NCBI GenBank assembly: GCA_028700905.1
Contig: JAQVRT010000016.1
Coordinates: 1-13,823 of the forward strand
Source: Candidatus Iainarchaeum sp.
GTDB lineage: Archaea; Iainarchaeota; Iainarchaeia; Iainarchaeales; CSSED10-239
Direction of reading: 5' to 3'
Length of the DNA: 13,823 nt
Notes under the pieces: model-generated
Seen by the model: the letters and a program-made list of their open reading frames with translations, nothing else
What the model was told of the DNA's origin: nothing
Database searches by the model: none
In this document: piece after piece, positions 1 to 6,400 of the stretch
How the letters are laid out: the number at the start of each line of letters is the position of its first letter
Position numbering within the stretch: position 1 is the stretch's first letter
Translations under genes and position numbers: made by a program

Positions 1-327
1 ACTAGAAGTCTTCCAACAATTTACAAAGTTACAGGAGTTATTGATATGCCTTCTCCAGGAACTAATTATTATTTTTTAGTAACATCTGTTAAAAACGGAA
101 CTACTTTATATCCTGTTTCAAAAACTCAATGTGCACAATATAGTGTTTTAAAAGATCAATTAACTCAAGGTATGTTTATTGGTCCAATATCTTCAGAAGT
201 TACAGGTTATAATAATAAAAGTTTTACTTTAAGATTAATGATACAAAAGTATAGTAGTCAAAGTTTATGTCAAACTGGAAATAATTCTATTAGTATGACA
301 GGCAATATAGGAGAACTTTATAGTTAG
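1..327 (+). CDS. 3' end of a CDS running off the left edge; hypothetical exported/surface protein (C-terminal ~108 aa)
   Basis: Frame 1 is open from base 1 (TRSLPTIYKVTGVID precedes the first Met at 46) to TAG at 325-327, so the real start lies outside the window. It is on the same strand as the next gene and 17 bp upstream of it. No family recognised. Confidence 0.6.
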   Translation, partial: TRSLPTIYKVTGVIDMPSPGTNYYFLVTSVKNGTTLYPVSKTQCAQYSVLKDQLTQGMFIGPISSEVTGYNNKSFTLRLMIQKYSSQSLCQTGNNSISMTGNIGELYS

Positions 328-333
328 AGGGGG
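326..333 (+). promoter_or_regulatory. Shine-Dalgarno-like ribosome binding site for the 345 gene
   Basis: The sequence AGAGGGGG ends 11 nt before ATG 345. It is the only G-rich string in this AT-rich junction. Confidence 0.5.
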
Positions 334-344
334 AAAGTTTATTT

Positions 345-1751
345 ATGAAGTCAAAATTTATATTTTTAATATTTTCAATGGTTTTATTATCAGGATTTAT
401 TTTTTCTGCAACTCCTGCAGATCCACCAGTAAGCAATACTGTTTTTAGTGTTGATATCGTGCTTCCAAATCCATATTATGGATTAATTGTTGCAGATGCA
501 TCTAATCTTGCAAATCCAGATTCTGTTTCATCTAACTCAATACAAAATAATGCAGTTGTATTAAGTAAGATTGGGGCAAGTAATCCTGGTGCAAATAAAT
601 TTTTAAAAATTAATTCAACAGGAAACTCTCTTGAATGGGCAACTGTTGAAGGTGGTTCTGGTTCAGGAGATGGTGTAGTTTATACTGCAACAAATCCTAT
701 AAGTATTTCAAATAATGTTATAAGTTTAAGTGATCTAGGTATAACTTCTTCAAAACTTGCTGATAATTCTGTAAATACTTCAAAAATAGCAAATTTTTCA
801 ATTAATGGTATGAAAATTGCTAGTGAAGCTGTTGATGAAGATCAAATAAGAAATGAAGCTGTAACTTCTCAAAAATTAGATACTTATGCAGTAACTTCAA
901 ATAAAATTAATACTGCTGCTGTTACTAAAGAAAAAATTGCAGTTAAATCTGTAGATTATGCAAGACTTGAAGTTTATCCTTTAGATAAATGTCCTGCTGA
1001 AAATGCATCTATTATTTATAGAAATGGAAGACTTGAATGGTCAAATTATATATCATGCGGTTCTAGTGTTTCTGTAGGTGCAATTAATTCTTCTGTGACT
1101 AAAAATTATTTTGCAGCACCATTTAATTCATGTGTTAAAAGTGTAACTCATACAGTAAGTCCTGTAACATGTACAGGTGAAAATTGTATTGAAGAATGGA
1201 GTTTGTTTAGATCAGGTGGAAGTGATTCTGTAACTAATAACTTATCAAATGTAACAAATACTTCTAGAACTGTTACATTTAATGCTTCAGATAATGACTT
1301 ATATAACACAAGTTATGATCTTCAGTATAAATTATCTCAACCTGCAACTGGTTTAACACAAACAGTTTCAAGAAATGGATTTTCAGCAATATCTGGTGAA
1401 GAAACAGCTTGTGCTCCAGTAGTTCCAAGTTCTTTAAATGTTTTAAGATTTCCATCTGATGGATGTATTAATTATTTTGAAGTTAAAGCATTAGTTAGTT
1501 GTGTTGGTTCTTGTAATTATGTAATGTATGTAGATAATCTTCCTCATTCAGAAGGTTCATTTACTGGTACTCAAACAATTACTGAGAATGTATATGTTTC
1601 AGACATAATACATAATAATCCTAAAGTGAAATTTAAGATTACAAATACAGGCCCTGCTGGACTTGTAGGTCTTGAAAGAATTACACCTGAGGGTACACTT
1701 CAAATTACACTTCCACAAATGGTTGATGGACTTCTTTGTTCACAAAATTAA
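345..1751 (+). CDS. Secreted repeat protein: N-terminal signal peptide, Gly/Ser linker, eight tail-fibre-like decapeptide repeats, Cys-rich C-terminal domain
   Basis: 468-aa ORF preceded by an RBS. The N-terminus MKSKFIFLIFSMVLLSGFIFSA is a classic n-h-c signal peptide. A GGSGSGDG linker follows, then the 10-residue repeats at nt 741-980. Two G-x-LEW motifs are present (GNSLEWATVEGG and NGRLEWSNY). By hand count there are 10 Cys, all located after the repeats. The stop codon is followed by a T-tract. Confidence 0.85.
   Translation: MKSKFIFLIFSMVLLSGFIFSATPADPPVSNTVFSVDIVLPNPYYGLIVADASNLANPDSVSSNSIQNNAVVLSKIGASNPGANKFLKINSTGNSLEWATVEGGSGSGDGVVYTATNPISISNNVISLSDLGITSSKLADNSVNTSKIANFSINGMKIASEAVDEDQIRNEAVTSQKLDTYAVTSNKINTAAVTKEKIAVKSVDYARLEVYPLDKCPAENASIIYRNGRLEWSNYISCGSSVSVGAINSSVTKNYFAAPFNSCVKSVTHTVSPVTCTGENCIEEWSLFRSGGSDSVTNNLSNVTNTSRTVTFNASDNDLYNTSYDLQYKLSQPATGLTQTVSRNGFSAISGEETACAPVVPSSLNVLRFPSDGCINYFEVKALVSCVGSCNYVMYVDNLPHSEGSFTGTQTITENVYVSDIIHNNPKVKFKITNTGPAGLVGLERITPEGTLQITLPQMVDGLLCSQN
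741..980 (+). repeat. Eight tandem in-register 30-nt (10-aa) coding repeats, consensus [VI]-x-x-x-K-[IL]-x-x-x-[AS]
   Basis: The units are ITSSKLADNS, VNTSKIANFS, INGMKIASEA, VDEDQIRNEA, VTSQKLDTYA, VTSNKINTAA, VTKEKIAVKS and VDYARLEVYP, with no indels between them. A degenerate extra copy lies upstream (IQNNAVVLSKIGA). Confidence 0.75.
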
Positions 1752-1765
1752 GATTAATTTCTTAA

Positions 1766-1794
1766 TTTCTTTTTCTTTTTTTATTTTGTTTTTT
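1766..1794 (+). terminator. Oligo-T tract, candidate archaeal-type intrinsic terminator of the 345-1751 gene
   Basis: TTTCTTTTTCTTTTTTTATTTTGTTTTTT begins 15 nt after the TAA stop. The same arrangement recurs after the other genes. Confidence 0.4.
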
Positions 1795-1956
1795 AAATTA
1801 AATACCTTTTTAAATAGTTAGGTGTATATTATATCTAAATAATATATTTATCTTTAAGAATAACAAGATATTAAAGATCTAATCTCTTTAATAATAAATC
1901 TTATATCTTTCTTAAAAATATATTACTTTAATGTAGTAAGTTAAAAGCTACATAAC

Positions 1957-1977
1957 TTGGTTTGATTTTCAAACCAA
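1957..1977. promoter_or_regulatory. Perfect 9-bp inverted repeat with 3-bp spacer (TTGGTTTGA ttt TCAAACCAA); candidate operator
   Basis: Verified base by base. It contains the local G/C in an otherwise A/T intergenic region. No T-run follows on either strand, so it is not terminator-like. It lies about 40 bp upstream of the putative TATA box of the regulator gene. Confidence 0.3.
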
Positions 1978-2014
1978 AAAACCTATTTCTTATGAAAAAT
2001 TTAAACCGAAGCTC

Positions 2015-2022
2015 TTTTAATA
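2015..2022 (+). promoter_or_regulatory. TATA-like box (TTTTAATA) that would give a leaderless or near-leaderless transcript of the 2049 gene
   Basis: It lies 27-34 nt upstream of ATG 2049, and no SD sequence is present. In DNA this AT-rich, such strings also occur by chance. Confidence 0.25.
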
Positions 2023-2027
2023 CTTTC

Positions 2028-2064
2028 ATGACATTATCATGATATATTATGACACAAAATGACA
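2028..2064 (+). promoter_or_regulatory. Four helically phased ATGAYA hexamers spanning the start codon of the regulator gene; candidate autoregulatory operator
   Basis: The hexamers are ATGACA (2028), ATGATA (2039), ATGACA (2049, which contains the start codon) and ATGACA (2059). Their spacing is 11, 10 and 10 bp. Confidence 0.3.
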
Positions 2065-2513
2065 ATATCACAAAACAGATATTTTTAGAAAAGTTATTAA
2101 AACAAGATACCAAAGAGCTGGGTTTGAATGATCTTATTCAGATCCAAGAGAAGTTTAACGATCCGTTGATACTTTCTGTAATATTACATCAACTTTTAGA
2201 AGAAAGAAAAAGAACAAACGAGATATTAAAAGACTTGTATGAAAAGTATGACTCTTTACAATTTTCTATTAAGAATAGTAAAGAATCTAGTAATTTAAAT
2301 CAAGATCAAGATACAATTAATATCTTACCAGAAATAGATGATAAAATAATTTCTTTTATAAGAGCAAATCAAAAAGTTGATGCAGAACAAGTACAAGAAG
2401 CATTTAATTATAAAGGATCAAATGCAGCTTCTCAAAGACTTAATAGACTAGTAAAAGAAGGATACTTACGAAAAGTTCAAGCAGGAAGAAAGGTATACTT
2501 TATTGTAAAATGA
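2049..2513 (+). CDS. Transcriptional regulator: N-terminal helical/coiled-coil region plus C-terminal winged helix-turn-helix (MarR/TrmB/ArsR-like fold class)
   Basis: 154-aa ORF. The C-terminal ~60 aa, DDKIISFIRANQKVDAEQVQEAFNYKGSNAASQRLNRLVKEGYLRKVQAGRKVYFIV, show the H1-H2-H3 pattern (recognition helix SQRLNRLVKEG) followed by a beta-hairpin wing (YLRKVQAGRKVYF). The ORF terminates at TGA, inside a hairpin. Confidence 0.8.
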   Translation: MTQNDNITKQIFLEKLLKQDTKELGLNDLIQIQEKFNDPLILSVILHQLLEERKRTNEILKDLYEKYDSLQFSIKNSKESSNLNQDQDTINILPEIDDKIISFIRANQKVDAEQVQEAFNYKGSNAASQRLNRLVKEGYLRKVQAGRKVYFIVK

Positions 2514-2540
2514 TTTTTCCCCTTAAAAATCATTTCCTTT
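2511..2540 (+). terminator. Hairpin overlapping the TGA stop (TGATTTTT-cccctt-AAAAATCA) followed by T-rich TTTCCTTT
   Basis: Perfect 8-bp stem with a 6-nt C-rich loop, verified by hand. The stem is almost entirely A:T, so its stability is low. Confidence 0.35.
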
Positions 2541-2567
2541 AAAAAAACCCCTTTAATATAGAAAAAC

Positions 2568-2596
2568 TGTAAAAAACCCCTTTTTTACATTTTTTT
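2568..2596 (+). terminator. Perfect 9-bp hairpin with CCCC loop (TGTAAAAAA-cccc-TTTTTTACA) followed by T7
   Basis: Verified base by base, and the T7 run at 2590-2596 follows immediately. It has the geometry of an intrinsic terminator, but the stem is all A:T apart from one G:C pair. Confidence 0.4.
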
Positions 2597-2680
2597 CAAA
2601 ATTTATACCTTTTTTCCTTCTTTTAAAAATAAGTTTTTGTCTTTTATTTTAGTCATTTAATTCCCCTCTAAAAAACTTTA

Positions 2681-2736
2681 AAAAAGATTGTAAGGAAAAC
2701 TTTTTTGTTTCTTTCCTTCTTCTTTTCTGCCCTTTA
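2681..2736. repeat. Copy 1 of a 56-bp intergenic direct repeat
   Basis: The sequence is AAAAAGATTGTAAGGAAAACtTTTTTGTTTCTTTCCTTCTTCTTTTCTGCCCTTTA. It matches copy 2 at 55 of 56 positions at an offset of 78 bp. It contains an internal inverted repeat, AAGGAAA ... TTTCCTT. Confidence 0.9.
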
Positions 2737-2758
2737 ATTATAAAAATACTTATTAAAA

Positions 2759-2814
2759 AAAAAGATTGTAAGGAAAACATTTTTGTTTCTTTCCTTCTTC
2801 TTTTCTGCCCTTTA
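2759..2814. repeat. Copy 2 of the 56-bp intergenic direct repeat
   Basis: Identical to copy 1 except for A at 2779 versus T at 2701. Confidence 0.9.
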
Positions 2815-2852
2815 TTTTTAACTTAAAAAACTATTTTTTAATTTTACAACTC

Positions 2853-2875
2853 TTTTTAAATATTTTGTATATATA
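2853..2875 (+). promoter_or_regulatory. TATA-like boxes (TTTTTAAATA, TATATATA) upstream of the 2969 gene
   Basis: They lie about 95-115 nt upstream of ATG 2969, implying a leader of roughly 70 nt. That leader contains a 7-bp inverted repeat (ATTGCTT ... AAGCAAT, about 2893-2920) and the RBS. Confidence 0.25.
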
Positions 2876-2948
2876 GATTTAATACTAATGAAATTGCTTT
2901 TTAACCTATTAAGCAATAAATTTAGATATAATTATTTTAAATTAAAAA

Positions 2949-2955
2949 GAAGGAG
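2949..2955 (+). promoter_or_regulatory. Shine-Dalgarno-like site GAAGGAG for the 2969 gene
   Basis: A GGAG core lies 13 nt upstream of ATG 2969, which is somewhat long spacing. Confidence 0.45.
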
Positions 2956-2968
2956 TTGACTTAAAAAT

Positions 2969-3304
2969 ATGAAACTAGAAAAAATTGGTGCATTTGCTTT
3001 TCTTGGTGGTATCTTAATTTCTATTATTTTTGGACTTATTTACAATATTAACCATCCAGTATGGCTTTCAACTGTTTTAATTATTTTAGGATTAGTTGTT
3101 GGTCTTTTAAACATTGAAGATAAAAATATATCTCTTTTCTTAATTGCATCCATTACATTTATTGCAACCAGTAACTCAATAAATGCAATACCTGTTATAG
3201 GAGATGTTTTAAGAGGAGTTTTAGTTAATTTAGTATACTTTGTAGCTCCAGCTGCATTAGTAGTTTCAATTGTTGCAATTATTAGAGTTTCAAACTCTAA
3301 ATAA
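2969..3304 (+). CDS. Small integral membrane protein, about four transmembrane helices, unknown function
   Basis: 111-aa ORF preceded by an RBS. Its hydrophobic stretches are IGAFAFLGGILISIIFGLIY, VWLSTVLIILGLVVGLL, ISLFLIASITFIA and VLVNLVYFVAPAALVVSIVAII, separated by short polar loops (NINHP, NIEDKN). Two T9 runs follow the stop codon. Confidence 0.85.
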   Translation: MKLEKIGAFAFLGGILISIIFGLIYNINHPVWLSTVLIILGLVVGLLNIEDKNISLFLIASITFIATSNSINAIPVIGDVLRGVLVNLVYFVAPAALVVSIVAIIRVSNSK

Positions 3305-3326
3305 TTCTTTTTTTTTCTTTTTTTTT
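3305..3326 (+). terminator. Oligo-T terminator candidate (T9-C-T9) directly after the TAA stop
   Basis: TTCTTTTTTTTTCTTTTTTTTT starts at the first base after the stop codon. Confidence 0.45.
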
Positions 3327-3445
3327 AAATAAAAATACATTTTTTATCTATAAATAATGAATATTTAAATATTTCTATTTATAGTATATTTACAGTATAT
3401 ATAAAAAACTTTATATAGTAATAAATATATAATATTAATATAATA

Positions 3446-3461
3446 TTTATAAATTTATAAA
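3446..3461 (+). promoter_or_regulatory. Tandem TTTATAAA TTTATAAA TATA-like boxes upstream of the giant gene
   Basis: They lie 13-28 nt upstream of ATG 3474, and no SD sequence is visible, which is compatible with a leaderless or short-leader mRNA. An alternative box, AAAAAC-TTTATATA, is at 3404-3417. The background is extremely A/T-rich, so specificity is weak. Confidence 0.25.
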
Positions 3462-3473
3462 TAAAGAAATAAT

Positions 3474-6400
3474 ATGGTTAAAGATAAAAATAATTTAGGC
3501 TCTAATGAAAACAATGAAAATAAACAAAATATTTTTTCAAGGTTTTATAACTATCTTGAAGATAAATATTCTTCTTTATCAAACTGGCTTACAGAAAAAG
3601 GAATACCATTAAATAATTTAAACAATTATTTAGAGGAAAAAGGACTTCCTGCTTTTGCAATAGTTGCATCTATTTTATTATTATTAATTTTTATAATTGT
3701 TTTCTTAATTATCTTTTCTTTTTCCAGTCAATCAACAATAACTTTTTCTGTAAAAGATTATTCTGGACTTTCAATAAATGATGCTTTTTTAAAAATTACA
3801 AATAGTTCTGGTAAGGAAATCTTTTCAGGAACTGTAAATGATAATGATGTTAAAAAAATAAAACTTAAATTAGGAGAATCTTATTCTTTTAAATCAACTA
3901 AAGATGGATATCCTGAATTTTCAAAATCAATAATTATTTCTGATAAAGATCAAAAAGTACAAATTACTTTTTTAGAATTAATTGAGTATGGTGTCTTAAA
4001 AATAAGATTAATAGATAGAGATAATAAAGGAATAATTACTTCAGGAACTGCAATCGCAAGATACACAATTAATAATGCTCCTGAGTCTACAGAAAACATT
4101 GTAAATATTGCAAATGATCATTTCATAACTTTAGAAGTTCCAATGAATAAAGATATTGAACTTTTAGTTAGTGCAGATGATTATGAAGATTTTAAAGAAA
4201 CAAATTTTAGAATAACTTTAGAAAATCAAGAAAAAGTTATTGAAATGGATATTTCTTCTTTATCTTTTGAAGGTAAAAGTCAAGTTACTTTTGTTGTTTT
4301 AGATACAGAAGAAAATCCAATTGATGATGCTTTAGTAAGTATATATAATCTTGGAGATGAATTACTAGATTCAAAAAATACAATTGATGGAAGAGCTTTA
4401 TCTTTTATTGATAGTGGTTCTACAATATCTTATAAAGTTGAAAAAGAAGGTTATAGAACATTTATAAGTGATCCTGAAGTTTCTTTTAGAATTACAAAAT
4501 CTGAAATAACTTATAATGTTACTTTAGAAGAAGGTGGAAACTTTTTAGATGTGTTTGTAAAATCTGGTTCTAATTTTTTATCTCTTGGAGATGTTGCAAT
4601 TACTGTTTATGATTTAAATAATAATATTATTAATTCTGGAAATACAGATGATTTAGGTAATTTAAAATTAACTGGTCTTTCTGATAAAGCTCCAATTGTT
4701 GTTACTGCTTGTAAAGAAGATTTCCTTTGTGAAAATTTAACAGTAGATCTTTTAGAAAAAAGTTCAGTTGAGTTTACTTTAGAAAGAATAGATGTTACAA
4801 ATAGTGCTATTCTGTCTGTTTTTGTTGTTGATGAAAAAAATTTACCAATCTCAAAAGCTTTTATAAAAATCTATCAATTATTACAAGATGAAAAAGAAGT
4901 TCCATACAACACATCTCTTCAAACTGATCTTACAGGTTCTCTTTCAGTACCTTTAAGAGTAGGAGATTCTTTTAGAGTATATTCATTAGTTGGAGAAGTT
5001 CAATATTTTGAAGATGTTACAATTGATGCTTTAAGAGAAAATAAAATAATTTTTGTAATGGATAATGCTTCTAAAATAATAAAATTAGATCTTTATGATG
5101 AAAATGGTTTTAAACTTACTTCAGGATCTTTACTTGTAAAAACAAAAGATGGAACTGTTCTTTTTGATGGTAATTTATCTGAAACAGATCAAGTAAGTTT
5201 TATTTCAGAAGGCTATAAAGATTTATATGCTGAATACACAGATGTTAATGGTAATAAATCTTCAATTAATTTTAATGCTGATGAATCTGAGTCAGATGGA
5301 TATATAAGACTTGATTTTAATAAAGAAGTTAATTTAACAGATTATCCTGTAATTGAGTTTTCAGGAATTGTAGATTCTAAAGGAGTCAAATCAAATTTTG
5401 TAACAATAGGTAAAGAATATTATTTAATTTTTGATGTTTTATTCCCAGAAAATACTTATAAAGGACAAGTACATATTAGAGCTGGTGATGATACTCAAGT
5501 TGATGTTGAAGAAATGAGTTATGGTATAACTGGTTTTTCTGCAATGGATATTTATGATTTTAAATATGGTACAACATATAATAGTTCTCCTCTTCCAGGT
5601 TTAATGAATATTGATCTTTTAAATGAAGGTTCTTCTCAAGTTTTAAATAAATGGCTTGAACTTAAATGGGATAGTGATGTTCCTTTAGGTAATAAACAAA
5701 TCAAAGTAAAAATAAATGTTACAGATGATTCTTATTCAAAATTAACTTTTAAATATAGAACTTTATTTGAAGAAAATAAATTATACTATAGAGATCCAGT
5801 TGACTCTTTATTAAACCAAAGTTATTCTTCACCTCAAAAAGGTGCTTTGTATGCTGACACAAAAGAAGTAAATATTGATGTTTATAATGTTCCTTTAGAT
5901 TGTGAAGGTTCTCAATGTGTTTCATATACTTTTATTGATTCAAAAGGAAATGAATTTTCAAAAGATGATTTCTATGCTGTAAGAGATGAAACTTATTTTT
6001 TAAAAGTAAGTCTTTATTCTTTAGATAATAAACAATTAGATCTTTTAGCAGAAACTTCAAAAAGTTTCCCTTTAATTTCATTTGGTTCTTTTTCAGATAA
6101 TCTTTATCAAAATGAAATAATAAATGATAATTCTTTGTTTGAAATTTCAAGAGATGGTTTTTTACTTTCTGAAAACTCTTTAAAAAATATTTATCTTTCA
6201 TTTATCTCAAAAGATATTGGTGCTGCATATATTGACCTTAAAGCAACAGATGTTATTTTAGGAAATGAAATTTTAAACAATAGATTAAGTTTTAATGTTT
6301 ATGATAAAAAAGAAATGAATGTTTTAGTTTCTCCAAGTAATTATGTTGATTATGGATCAAATTTTACTGTTGATGTTTTAGATTCAGTTTCTCTTGAACC

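Noticed and set aside
1871-1891. 7-bp inverted repeat TTAAAGA-n7-TCTTTAA, containing an AGATCT palindrome.
   Set aside because: It is a short, A/T-dominated stem of a kind expected frequently by chance in this composition, and it has no positional relationship to a gene start or end.
1752-2048. Possible tRNA or other structured RNA gene in the 297-bp and 455-bp intergenic regions.
   Set aside because: I could not fold any cloverleaf-compatible set of G/C-containing stems. No C/D-box (RUGAUGA ... CUGA) pairs were found, and the regions are too A/T-rich for canonical tRNA or rRNA fragments.
1928-2113. Minus-strand 61-aa ORF overlapping the start of the regulator gene.
   Set aside because: It overlaps the promoter and 5' end of a convincing wHTH gene, has a low-complexity hydrophobic translation, and lacks an RBS. 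It is probably not expressed as a protein.
2649-2780. Minus-strand 43-aa ORF created by the two 56-bp repeats (MFSLQSF...KKFSLQSF...).
   Set aside because: The ATG exists only because of the single mismatch between the repeats, and the internal peptide repeat simply mirrors the DNA repeat. Only a weak AAGGAA lies upstream. I keep it as an alternative under the repeat finding and do not call it a gene.
2681-2814. Possible mini-CRISPR array (two repeats with a spacer).
   Set aside because: There are only two copies, the repeat is 56 bp (too long), the spacer is 22 bp (too short), no cas genes are present, and the repeat is polypyrimidine-rich rather than a CRISPR-like palindrome.
5932-6201. 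Minus-strand 89-aa ORF. Similar antisense ORFs lie at 7503-7685 and 10409-10612.
   Set aside because: All are fully embedded antisense to the 2,659-aa CDS. Their translations are K/L/F/N/Y-rich low complexity, typical of A/T-rich antisense frames, and none has a start context or RBS. I treat them as spurious.
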